64,000 nucleotides of DNA from an uncultured Candidatus Saccharibacteria bacterium. GTDB taxonomy: Bacteria; Patescibacteriota; Minisyncoccia; Phycocordibacterales; UBA9973. Under the pieces are notes generated by a model. The model did not search any database, was not told where the DNA came from, and saw only the letters and a list, made by a program, of their open reading frames with translations. Positions 33,508 to 42,193 of the stretch are shown one piece after another. Position 1 is the first letter of the stretch. Every line of letters begins with the position of its first letter. The translations under genes were made by a program, and so were the position numbers. Where the stretch lies: contig CAZKPK010000001.1 of the NCBI GenBank assembly GCA_964554645.1, forward strand, positions 3,697 through 67,696, in the 5' to 3' direction.

Positions 33508-34095
33508 ATGAAAAAATTAATCTTAGCTTCAAGTTCAAGCACAAGGAAAAATTTGCTTACAGAAGCCGGCTTGAATTTTGAAATTGATCCAAGTAGTTAC
33601 GAAGAAGATATAACATTATTAATGTCTCCAAAAGAATTAGTGGCTCATTTATCTTACGGTAAAGCAAAAGATGTAGCATCGAGGCACCAAGAAGCCATAG
33701 TTCTAGGAGCTGATACAATTATTGTCTATCAAGATAAAATTCTCGGTAAACCTCATACATCGGAAAGAGCTAAAGAAATGTTAAAAATGTTAAGTGGTAG
33801 GGCACACTTAGTTGTTACTGGTTTTACAATAATTGATACGAAAAATAATCATAGCATCTCCAAAGTTGTAGAAACAGAAGTGTTTTTCAAAAATCTCACA
33901 GATAGAGAAATAGATAATTATGTAGCTACCGGTGAACCACTGAATAAAGCAGGGGCTTATGCAATTTTAGAGAATGGTGGCAAATTTGTTAAAAAGATCG
34001 AAGGAAGTAGAACAAATGTGTCAGGTTTACCCATGGAGGAGTTAATGAATGTTCTAAAAAATTCCCATAGGTCAGACCTATGGGATGTGTTATAA
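33508..34095 (+). CDS. maf: Maf-like nucleoside-triphosphate pyrophosphatase; C-terminus encoded by a REP element
   Basis: KLILASSSSTRKNLL...GKP...; final residues ..NSHRSDLWDVL are a translation of REP copy B2. Confidence 0.85.
   Translation: MKKLILASSSSTRKNLLTEAGLNFEIDPSSYEEDITLLMSPKELVAHLSYGKAKDVASRHQEAIVLGADTIIVYQDKILGKPHTSERAKEMLKMLSGRAHLVVTGFTIIDTKNNHSISKVVETEVFFKNLTDREIDNYVATGEPLNKAGAYAILENGGKFVKKIEGSRTNVSGLPMEELMNVLKNSHRSDLWDVL
34063..34086. repeat. Family-B REP (TTCCCATAGGTCAGACCTATGGGATG)
   Basis: perfect palindrome; 5' flank of RAYT gene and 3' end of maf. Confidence 0.85.
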
Positions 34096-34102
34096 TAGCA
34101 GT

Positions 34103-34780
34103 ATGAGTCTCAGAGATTCGAATTTAGTGGAAAAAGAGTATTATCATATTTACAATCGCGGTAATGGAAAAAATAAAATTTTTAATTCCATAGAAGATTA
34201 CGATCGTTTTTGTAAACTTCTTTTTATTTGTAATTCTGAAAGAAGTTTTACATTCAGAGATTCAGTCGTAGATCAAAAAATTGATGCCTGGGATTTTGAA
34301 AGGGGAGAACCGCTTGTGGAAATATGTGCATGGGTTTTAATGCCTAATCATTTCCATATAATTTTAATTTCCCATAGGTCGGACCTATGGGATGAGAAGT
34401 ATAATCCAATAACGGAATTTATGAGAAAACTTTCTACGGCTTACGCTATGTATTTTAATAAGAAATATAACCGCACTGGATCTCTTTTTGAAGGAAAGTT
34501 TAAGTCTAAACATATTAGCAAAGATAATTATTTCCATTATTTATTTTCTTACATTCATCTTAATCCAATTAAATTAATCCAACCAGATTGGAAAGAAAAT
34601 GGTATCAAGAATAAAAAAGAAGCGATTGCTTATCTTATGAATTTTAAATATTCAAGTTTTCAAGATTTTTATGGTGTCTCTAGAAAAGAAGGAAAGATAA
34701 TAAATAAGAATTCGTTACCAGAAGATTTTAAATACAATCATGTTGAGGAACTTTTTGAATGGATAACTGATTCCCCATAG
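34103..34780 (+). CDS. REP-associated tyrosine transposase (RAYT; IS200/IS605-like Y1 HuH transposase)
   Basis: HIYNRG motif, HuH motif (PNHFHIIL), catalytic Tyr region (YIHLNP); flanked by, and interrupted in-frame by, Family-B REPs; stop codon TAG lies inside REP B4. Confidence 0.8.
   Translation: MSLRDSNLVEKEYYHIYNRGNGKNKIFNSIEDYDRFCKLLFICNSERSFTFRDSVVDQKIDAWDFERGEPLVEICAWVLMPNHFHIILISHRSDLWDEKYNPITEFMRKLSTAYAMYFNKKYNRTGSLFEGKFKSKHISKDNYFHYLFSYIHLNPIKLIQPDWKENGIKNKKEAIAYLMNFKYSSFQDFYGVSRKEGKIINKNSLPEDFKYNHVEELFEWITDSP
34369..34394. repeat. Family-B REP inserted in-frame inside the RAYT gene (encodes SHRSDLWD)
   Basis: TCCCATAGGTCGGACCTATGGGATG immediately after the HuH motif codons. Confidence 0.85.
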
Positions 34781-34799
34781 GTCAGACCTATGGGGAATC
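34769..34799. repeat. Family-B REP, extended perfect palindrome (GATTCCCCATAGGTC-a-GACCTATGGGGAATC)
   Basis: 15-bp arms; overlaps RAYT stop codon. Confidence 0.85.
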
Positions 34800-34834
34800 A
34801 CTTCTTGAAATTCTCAAAAAAGAAAGGAAATAAA

Positions 34835-35521
34835 TTATTTCTTGTTTATAGTTTCTAACTTTTCTCCTTTCCAGAATTCATATAGCGGTGAAATAAACAT
34901 TCCTGTCACAAAGAACCAGACCAAATCTTCAACTGGAATATTTAAAAGCATTATGCCAGAAATATTTTTATGTATCCAAAAATTTATCGCTGTCGGGTCG
35001 AAAGAGAAAATTATATAATAAATAGGTATAGAAATTAAGGTAATGATCACTCCACTCGTTAAAGACAGGATGATTAAATCTTTTCTGTAAAAATAAATTA
35101 CTAGCGTTGGAATTAACATTGTAAATAATGATGAATAGAAAGAGTGTATATTTATATAGAAAAATGTAAAATTTCCAATGAATGTTGACAACAATATCAC
35201 AATTATAAAATGTTTTAGATGAGTATTCTTTTTTCCACGAATTTTAACTAATTTATCCTTAAAGATTTCTTCATATATTGAAACTATTATTCCTCCGACA
35301 AAGAAACCAAAAAGAATATCTTCTATACCCACAATTGTTCCTGTTATGGTGGTAGGTTTCCACCAATCCTTTGTCCAGATAAAAGCTTCCATAAAAGTAG
35401 CCACTATGGCAACTAGACTACCCATCAATAATATTTCTTTTCTAAGATCTTTACGATATATATACAGAATCAACCAAACCGGAAAATACATTAAAACTCC
35501 AATTAAATATGTTGAATTCAT
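34835..35521 (-). CDS. hypothetical polytopic membrane protein
   Basis: about 7 hydrophobic segments; start overlaps thrS stop (operonic). Confidence 0.4.
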   Translation of the reverse strand: MNSTYLIGVLMYFPVWLILYIYRKDLRKEILLMGSLVAIVATFMEAFIWTKDWWKPTTITGTIVGIEDILFGFFVGGIIVSIYEEIFKDKLVKIRGKKNTHLKHFIIVILLSTFIGNFTFFYINIHSFYSSLFTMLIPTLVIYFYRKDLIILSLTSGVIITLISIPIYYIIFSFDPTAINFWIHKNISGIMLLNIPVEDLVWFFVTGMFISPLYEFWKGEKLETINKK

Positions 35522-37284
35522 TATTTTTTATCCTTCATTTCTTCCAAAAGTTTTTTAATTAGTTCTTCTTTTGATATTTGTCCGAGGTTACCGGTGCCCG
35601 CCTTGGTGGGTAAATCGCGGGATTCAAGGGTCACTTTTTTGGCTTCAATTTCTTTGTCACCGAGGACAATCCAATACGGGATTTTGTTTGTTTTTGCATC
35701 GCGGACTTTCTTGCCAAGATTTTCATCTCCGTCATCCAGCTCTGCGCGAATATTATTTTCTTTTAATAATTTAAAAATTTCTTTGGCGTATTCGTTATGA
35801 TTTTCTCGCACTGGAATTATCTTTACTTGTGTTGGTGACAACCAAAGAGGGAAAGCACCAGCGGTGTGCTCGATTAAAATAGAAAGAAATCTTTCAATTG
35901 ATCCCATAATCGCTGCGTGAATCATTACGATGCGTTCTTGTTGTCCTTTTTCGTTGATACAATATAAATCGAATCTTTCAGGCATATTCATATCGATCTG
36001 AATAGTAGCTACTTGATGTTCTCTGCCAATAGCGTCTTTGGCCATGAAATCTATCTTTGGTCCATAAAAAGCTGCTTCTCCTATAGCTTCAATCGCTTTT
36101 TCACCATTCTTTTCAATTATTTTTCTTAAAGCATTTTCTGAATTTACCCATATTTCAGAAGTGCCTAAGTATGCCTTCATATTTTTCGGATCGTGGAGGG
36201 AAAGACGGGGTTTTAGAATAAAACCAAAAGAACCATAGAAAGTTTTTATAATATTATAAATTTTACCCATTTCATCGCCCGCTTGATCTAATCGACAGAA
36301 TACGTGCGCGTCATCTTGAGTAATGGAACGTACTCTAGAAAGCCCAGATAGTTCTCCTGTTTGCTCATCGCGATAAACTTTCGTAGTCGAGGCATATCTT
36401 TGAGGGAGTTCTTTATAGCTCCACTGACGTCTGTTGTAAATCTGAGTATGATGCGGACAATTCATCGGCTTTATTGTAAATGTGTGTTTTTCTCGGGTAG
36501 TTATTCTAAACAAATCATCCCTGAATTTATCCCAGTGCCCAGACTTCTCGTAAAGCTCCTTCTTGGTTATGTGTGGAATATCCACTCTTTCATAACCGGC
36601 GATTTCACGCAGTTCCCAGACAAAACCGTCCAGCAAGTCTCTTAGCATTGTGCCTTTTGGGGTGAAGAGGGGAAGTCCTGCGCCTACTAGTTCTGAGAAA
36701 GTAAATAAATCAAGTTCTTGGCCGATCTTTTTATGGTCTCTTTTTTCTGCTTCTTCTCGCTGTTTTATATATACATCGAGTTCTTCCTTTGTTTCAAAAG
36801 CGAGTCCATAAATACGCGTGAGCATTTTGTTTTTCTCATCTCCACGCCAATAAGCTCCGGCTACACGGTCTAGCCTGAAAGCATCTACTGGCAGTTCTTT
36901 ATTTGGATGTTCCAAGTGCCCGCCTTTACACAGGTCCACCAAAGTTCCAGATGTATAGAAAGTTAATTTTTTTCCATCTTTAGCAAATTCCTCAAGTAGT
37001 TCGGTTTTGTATTCATTCCAGGCAAATTCTTTTCTAGCTTCTTCTAGTGTTACTTCGCGGCCGGTAAACGTATTCCAAGTCTTTATAATTTCCCGCATTT
37101 TCTTTTCTATTTTAGGGAAATCTTCAACAGAAACTGCTTTTGGTAAATCAAAATCTTGGTAAAAACCATCATCAATAGCTGGACCGATAGCATTTTTGGC
37201 TCCTGGATATAGTTCTTTTATGGCTGTTACCAAAAGGTGTGCTAAGGTGTGTCTGATCTTGTATGCGTTGTCCACTTTTTCCAT
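35521..37284 (-). CDS. thrS: threonine--tRNA ligase
   Basis: second-additional-domain HxxxH motif (RHTLAHLL), class II core motifs, C-terminal anticodon-binding domain. Confidence 0.9.
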   Translation of the reverse strand: MEKVDNAYKIRHTLAHLLVTAIKELYPGAKNAIGPAIDDGFYQDFDLPKAVSVEDFPKIEKKMREIIKTWNTFTGREVTLEEARKEFAWNEYKTELLEEFAKDGKKLTFYTSGTLVDLCKGGHLEHPNKELPVDAFRLDRVAGAYWRGDEKNKMLTRIYGLAFETKEELDVYIKQREEAEKRDHKKIGQELDLFTFSELVGAGLPLFTPKGTMLRDLLDGFVWELREIAGYERVDIPHITKKELYEKSGHWDKFRDDLFRITTREKHTFTIKPMNCPHHTQIYNRRQWSYKELPQRYASTTKVYRDEQTGELSGLSRVRSITQDDAHVFCRLDQAGDEMGKIYNIIKTFYGSFGFILKPRLSLHDPKNMKAYLGTSEIWVNSENALRKIIEKNGEKAIEAIGEAAFYGPKIDFMAKDAIGREHQVATIQIDMNMPERFDLYCINEKGQQERIVMIHAAIMGSIERFLSILIEHTAGAFPLWLSPTQVKIIPVRENHNEYAKEIFKLLKENNIRAELDDGDENLGKKVRDAKTNKIPYWIVLGDKEIEAKKVTLESRDLPTKAGTGNLGQISKEELIKKLLEEMKDKK

Positions 37285-37357
37285 AGTTCGTATGATAACA
37301 CACTTTAAATTTTTTCAAAATTGCTTTTCATCCATAATATGCTAGAGTGTATTCATT

Positions 37358-37582
37358 ATGGTAGTCCGAATGAGAAGCACAAAATCGCATACGAAAAATA
37401 GACGTTCGCATCATGCGTTGGCTAAGGCTAATTTTTCAAAGTGCGAGCATTGCAAAGCCTTGAAAAAACGCCATACAGTATGTTCTGCTTGCGGGTTTTA
37501 TCGAGGAAAAAAAGTTTTGGATCTAGTTAAGAAAACAGAAAAGAAACAGAAGAAAGAAAAAGCGGCTCAAGCAAAGAATTAG
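37358..37582 (+). CDS. rpmF: 50S ribosomal protein L32
   Basis: KSHTKNRRSHHAL ... CxxC ... CSACGFYRGKKV zinc-ribbon L32 signature. Confidence 0.8.
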   Translation: MVVRMRSTKSHTKNRRSHHALAKANFSKCEHCKALKKRHTVCSACGFYRGKKVLDLVKKTEKKQKKEKAAQAKN

Positions 37583-37628
37583 TTACTAGGGGCTAGTGGC
37601 TAGGGACTAGAACCTAGAAGCTATAACC
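37583..37628. repeat. CTAG-rich motif (ttactaggggctagtggctagggactagaacctagaagctat)
   Basis: member of the TAGGTTCTAG / CTAGAACCTAG motif family found immediately after stop codons. Confidence 0.55.
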
Positions 37629-37636
37629 TAATTTTT

Positions 37637-38593
37637 ATGGCCAATAGGCACCTTTCCAGATCAATAGTGCTCCAAACGCTTTTTGAGTGGGATTTTATGT
37701 CCGCTGGGAAAGAGAGTATCAGTTCTATTAATGGCGAGATTAAGAAAGTATTGGACAGAAATTTAAAAGAATTTGCTCCCGGACTCGAAGATGACAGTTT
37801 TGTTTTTTCGCTTTTAAATGAAGTGTTAAAAAATTGTGTTCGGGTTGATCAAATTATAGAAACATCAGCGCCGGATTGGCCGATAAATAAAATTTCTGTC
37901 GTTGATAGAAATATTCTCCGAATCGGATTAACGGAACTTCTTTTCAGCGACCGATCGCAAGTGCCCCCAAAAGTGGCGATTAACGAAGCGATTGAATTGG
38001 CAAAAACTTTTGGCGGAGAGAATTCCAGTAAATTTATAAACGGCGTACTCGGAGCAGTTTATAAAGAAATGGGTGAACCTGGCAAGGAGCAAACGAGCAA
38101 AAAGAAAAATCGCAATCAATCCAAAGAACAGGGAAAAACGTTGGACCTCACCAAACTGCCGGTTGAAAACTTGGGCGGCGCGTTAGTTTATGCAACAAAA
38201 GATGGGAATATTTTATTTGCGCTTGTGCATGATGTTTTTGGCTACTGGACTCTTTCTAAAGGCAAAGTCGAAAAAAAGGAAAGTGTTCAGGAAGGGACAG
38301 TAAGAGCAATCAAGAAGGAAATCGGGCTTGATGTTGTGCTAGAAGAAAAACTTGGGGAAAATGAATATGTTGCAACCCACCCAGAAAAAGGAAAAAGCCT
38401 GAAGAAAGTTATATATTTTTTGGCGTATAGCGAATACAAGGAGCTTATTTTGGAAAAATCCGGCGGACTCGATGGGGCCAGATGGTTTGAAATGATGGAG
38501 GTGCCGGAACTTCGCATTTATAATGACATTATTCCGCTTATTGAAAAGGCGGTCGAAATATTGAGCAGTAAAAAACAAAAGAACAGTCAATAA
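37637..38593 (+). CDS. NusB-like N-terminal domain fused to a C-terminal NUDIX hydrolase domain
   Basis: NusB-like helix bundle (HLSRSIVLQTLFEWDF ... AINEAIELAK) plus Nudix box-like GKVEKKESVQEGTVRAIKKEIG. Confidence 0.6.
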   Translation: MANRHLSRSIVLQTLFEWDFMSAGKESISSINGEIKKVLDRNLKEFAPGLEDDSFVFSLLNEVLKNCVRVDQIIETSAPDWPINKISVVDRNILRIGLTELLFSDRSQVPPKVAINEAIELAKTFGGENSSKFINGVLGAVYKEMGEPGKEQTSKKKNRNQSKEQGKTLDLTKLPVENLGGALVYATKDGNILFALVHDVFGYWTLSKGKVEKKESVQEGTVRAIKKEIGLDVVLEEKLGENEYVATHPEKGKSLKKVIYFLAYSEYKELILEKSGGLDGARWFEMMEVPELRIYNDIIPLIEKAVEILSSKKQKNSQ

Positions 38594-38617
38594 GTTTATA
38601 AGATAAAAAATAAAATT

Positions 38618-39313
38618 ATGATTCAACTTTCAAATTTTGAGAAAAAAACAAAAATAATTTTTAGGGATAAGAATTTGCTCAAACAAGCTTTTATTCATCG
38701 TTCTTACATAAATGAAAATCCGTCGACCACTCTTTCGCACAATGAACGCTTAGAATTTCTGGGAGATGCCGTGCTGGAACTTATTGTCACAGATTTTCTT
38801 TATAAAAAATACCCGAATTATACGGAAGGGGAACTGACTGCTCTGCGTTCAGCTTTAGTTAATGCTGTCATTATTTCTGAAGTTGCCGCCAAAATCGGCA
38901 TGAATGATTATTTGCTTTTATCTAAAGGAGAAGCCAAAGATGGCGGCAAAGCCAGACAGTATATTTTGGCAAACACATACGAAGCCTATATTGGAGCCAT
39001 ATATTTGGATCAAGGAATAAATATCGCGGATAAATTTGTCAGGAAAACCCTTTTGCTCAAAACGGATGAAATAGTAAATAAAAAACTTTGGCGGGATGCG
39101 AAATCTCTAGTGCAAGAAAAAGCGCAGGAGTTAGTGAATGTTACGCCTGCCTATAAAGTGCTAAAAGAATCCGGTCCCGATCACGATAAAAATTTTACAG
39201 TTGGTATTTATTTTGGCGGGAGTTTGATAGCCGAAGGCAAAGGTCAATCCAAGCAAGAAGCAGAACAATCTGCCGCCCTGAATGCGTTAAAGGTAAAAAA
39301 TTGGCTGGATTGA
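38618..39313 (+). CDS. rnc: ribonuclease III
   Basis: RNase III signature ERLEFLGDAVL and C-terminal dsRBD. Confidence 0.92.
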   Translation: MIQLSNFEKKTKIIFRDKNLLKQAFIHRSYINENPSTTLSHNERLEFLGDAVLELIVTDFLYKKYPNYTEGELTALRSALVNAVIISEVAAKIGMNDYLLLSKGEAKDGGKARQYILANTYEAYIGAIYLDQGINIADKFVRKTLLLKTDEIVNKKLWRDAKSLVQEKAQELVNVTPAYKVLKESGPDHDKNFTVGIYFGGSLIAEGKGQSKQEAEQSAALNALKVKNWLD

Positions 39314-39316
39314 AAG

Positions 39317-39595
39317 GTGTTGAACTGGCTCAAAGTTGAGTTGCCTTCTCAAGCCCTTTTTGTTATTATATACATTATGAATACTATTACTGTGTCTAAA
39401 AACAAAATAGAAAAAGAGGGTGGAGTAGTACTTCTTTCCCTTAGGGAGTATCGAAAAATTCAAATGTCTTCGATGCCTATTTATTACTTGCAAAGCAAAG
39501 AAGCAAGGAATTTGGATAAATTGGTAAAAAACGGGCTCAAGAGTTATAAAGATGGTAAAACTAAAGTTCTGAAATCTTTTGCGGATTTTGATTAA
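39317..39595 (+). CDS. putative antitoxin of RelE-type TA pair
   Basis: small ORF directly upstream of, and nearly abutting, a RelE-like toxin gene; no recognisable motif of its own. Confidence 0.4.
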   Translation: MLNWLKVELPSQALFVIIYIMNTITVSKNKIEKEGGVVLLSLREYRKIQMSSMPIYYLQSKEARNLDKLVKNGLKSYKDGKTKVLKSFADFD

Positions 39596-39599
39596 TTTT

Positions 39600-39866
39600 A
39601 TGAAGATACGAGAGGTGCGGATTAATGCCAGATTTGAAAAGAATTATAAAAAACTTCCCTATAAAATAAAGGGCAAAGCGAAAGTCAAAGAAAGAATTTT
39701 TAGAGAAAATGTTTTTCATTCGATTCTTCGCACTCATAAATTGCACGGTGAGGAAAAAGAAGCTTGGGCCTTTTGGATTGATTACACTTATCGCATTAAG
39801 TTTATTTTTCTTAGTGAAGGAGTTGTGCTTTTTCTAGATGTTGGCACTCATGATATTTATAATTAA
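39600..39866 (+). CDS. RelE/YoeB-family mRNA-interferase toxin
   Basis: LHGEEKEAWAFWIDYTYRIKFIF...LFLDVGTHDIY pattern typical of RelE/ParE-fold toxins. Confidence 0.6.
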   Translation: MKIREVRINARFEKNYKKLPYKIKGKAKVKERIFRENVFHSILRTHKLHGEEKEAWAFWIDYTYRIKFIFLSEGVVLFLDVGTHDIYN

Positions 39867-39948
39867 TTATTCATTCCAATGTTCTATAGAATGTTGGAGT
39901 TAAAAAGTTTTGAAGCTTTTGTGACAAAATAAATGCTATAATCACCCA

Positions 39949-42117
39949 ATGCGACTCAAAACTCTTGAACTGAATGGCTTTAAATCTTTTTCTCAAAAAA
40001 CAGTTTTGGAGTTTGATAACAGTATTGTCTGCATTGTCGGTCCGAACGGTTCAGGAAAATCAAATGTAGTAGAAGCCATCCGTTTTGTCTTGGGCGAGCA
40101 ATCAATGAAATCAATGCGTGGCAAGACGGGCGTTGATCTCATTTTCAAAGGATCCAAAAATTTGCCTAGGAAAACGCGGGCGGCCGTTACAATATATTTC
40201 AATAACTCTGACAAAATTTTTAGGCTTGAGGATGGTGTAGGAGAAAACATGAATTTGAATTATGACACTATCAGCATAACGCGCCAGGTTTTCCCTGACG
40301 GACTCAATAAATATATTTTAAATGGGACAGAAGTGCGCCTGAAAGATATTCACCACCTTCTGGCCTCGGTTAACATAGGTTCTTCCGGGCATCATATTAT
40401 TTCCCAGGGCGAGGCTGATAGGATTCTGAATGCCAGCCCAAAAGATAGGAAGGAAATGGTGGAAGATGCGTTGGGGCTCAAAATTTACCAGTATAAAATA
40501 AAAGAATCTGAGAGAAAACTGGAAAGAACAGAGAACAATATGAAAGAAGTGACCATGTTGCGCAGAGAAAATGCTCCGCACCTTAATTTCTTAAAGAAAC
40601 AAGTAGAAAAATTTGAAAGGGCGAAAGAAATGCAGGCAGAGTTAGCAATTCTCTACCAAGAATATTTAAAAAAAGAAAACGTTTATTTAAATAAAGAGAA
40701 GGAAAATTTTCTCGCAGAAAGAAATAAAATAGCCAAAGAACTGGAAAGTGTTGTTAGTAAAATTTCTCTGACTGAAGACAGTGGTTCAGCTAAGGGAAAT
40801 CAAAAAATAGAGGAGCTAAGAACTATTGAGCAAAAATTAAATGAAATCCGCAGCGCCAAGGGAGAAATGAACAGAAAACTGGGAAGAATTGAAGGGATGA
40901 TAGAGGCCAAACAGAATAGAGTTAAAATTTCTGGCCGGTGTCCCATGTGTGGCAGAGAGTGGGGGGAAATGAGCAAAGAACAACTCGAAAACAGAGAAAA
41001 CAATCAGCAAGAATTAGCAGAATTGAAAAATTCTCAAGCTGGTATTCTAACGCAGGTGCAGGAAATGGAAAATAAAGAGAAAGAGCTTGTCGATCAGATA
41101 GAAGAATTGAAGCAGGAAATAAATAAACAGATGGAAACCTTGCGCGATTTGGAGCGGGAGAAGTTCAGCTTTAAGGTTAGGCATCAGGAATTGTCTTCAG
41201 CTTTGGAACTGGTGCGCATCAAAGAAACGAATTTAAAAGGCAGGCTTGAAGCCTTTGAAAGTGAGATCAAAGAAGGTGTAGCGCTTATAGGTCAAGAGAT
41301 TTTGTCCTATCCGCCCGAGGCGGACCAGCCTTGGGCTGGTAAAGAAATAGATGAAACAAGGCAAGCTGAGTTAAAGAAAAAAATTGAGCGTTTGAAAATA
41401 AAATTGGAAGATGCCGGTCTTGGCGGCGGAGCGGAAGTTTTGAAAGAATTCAAAGAAGTTTCGGAGAGGGATAATTTTTTAGCGAAAGAAATGGAAGATT
41501 TATCTAAAAGCATGGTGGCGTTGCAAAAGCTCATAGAAGATTTAAAGGAAAAGATAGACACAGAATTCAAGGAGGGTATCAAAAAAATAAACAAAGAATT
41601 TCAAGAATTTTTCTCCTTAATGTTTGGCGGGGGGACGGGATCTCTTGCGATAGTGGTGGAGAATAAAAAGAGACGAAGTATGAGCGAAGAAGAGGCTAAA
41701 TTCAGCGAAGCTGAATCGCCCGACGCTTCTGAAGAAGCGTTTAGGGAAGAGATTGTTTTTGAACAGGGCATAGAAATAAATGTTTCACTTCCTCATAAAA
41801 AGGTCAAAGAGCTTCAGGCGCTCTCGGGCGGGGAGCGATCACTCACTTCTATTGCTCTTCTCTTTGCGATGTCGCAAGTGAATCCTCCGCCATTTTTGGT
41901 GCTTGATGAAACCGATGCTGCGCTGGACGAAGCCAACTCGCGCAAATATGGAGATATGTTGGAAAAACTTTCCAAACATTCTCAGCTTATTGTTGTTACC
42001 CACAACCGCGAGACGATGTCCCGCGCCGGCGTGCTCTATGGCGTAACGATAGGCGGAAATGACACCTCCAAGCTTCTTTCTGTTAAATTCGAAGAAGCCA
42101 CCCAAATTGCGAAATAA
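39949..42117 (+). CDS. SMC-family ATPase, short form (722 aa) with CPxCG zinc-hook-like motif in place of a hinge
   Basis: SMC N-head (LELNGFKSF...IVGPNGSGKSNVVEAIRFVLGEQS..S.RG), SMC C-head (LSGGERSLTSIALLFAM..PPPFLVLDETDAALDEAN; VLYGVT), long coiled-coil heptads, central ISGRCPMCGREWGE. Confidence 0.8.
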   Translation: MRLKTLELNGFKSFSQKTVLEFDNSIVCIVGPNGSGKSNVVEAIRFVLGEQSMKSMRGKTGVDLIFKGSKNLPRKTRAAVTIYFNNSDKIFRLEDGVGENMNLNYDTISITRQVFPDGLNKYILNGTEVRLKDIHHLLASVNIGSSGHHIISQGEADRILNASPKDRKEMVEDALGLKIYQYKIKESERKLERTENNMKEVTMLRRENAPHLNFLKKQVEKFERAKEMQAELAILYQEYLKKENVYLNKEKENFLAERNKIAKELESVVSKISLTEDSGSAKGNQKIEELRTIEQKLNEIRSAKGEMNRKLGRIEGMIEAKQNRVKISGRCPMCGREWGEMSKEQLENRENNQQELAELKNSQAGILTQVQEMENKEKELVDQIEELKQEINKQMETLRDLEREKFSFKVRHQELSSALELVRIKETNLKGRLEAFESEIKEGVALIGQEILSYPPEADQPWAGKEIDETRQAELKKKIERLKIKLEDAGLGGGAEVLKEFKEVSERDNFLAKEMEDLSKSMVALQKLIEDLKEKIDTEFKEGIKKINKEFQEFFSLMFGGGTGSLAIVVENKKRRSMSEEEAKFSEAESPDASEEAFREEIVFEQGIEINVSLPHKKVKELQALSGGERSLTSIALLFAMSQVNPPPFLVLDETDAALDEANSRKYGDMLEKLSKHSQLIVVTHNRETMSRAGVLYGVTIGGNDTSKLLSVKFEEATQIAK

Positions 42118-42193
42118 AATATTAGTTATAAAAATTAAATTGTGCTAAGTGACGCTATAACGTAACTGTAAACAATTTTTATATTTTATACTT

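Noticed and set aside
39317-39866. Possibility that 39317..39595 and 39579..39866 are one frameshifted gene
   Set aside because: The downstream ORF has a clean internal ATG at 39600, 5 nt after the upstream stop, and a RelE-like fold signature. A two-gene TA arrangement explains it better.
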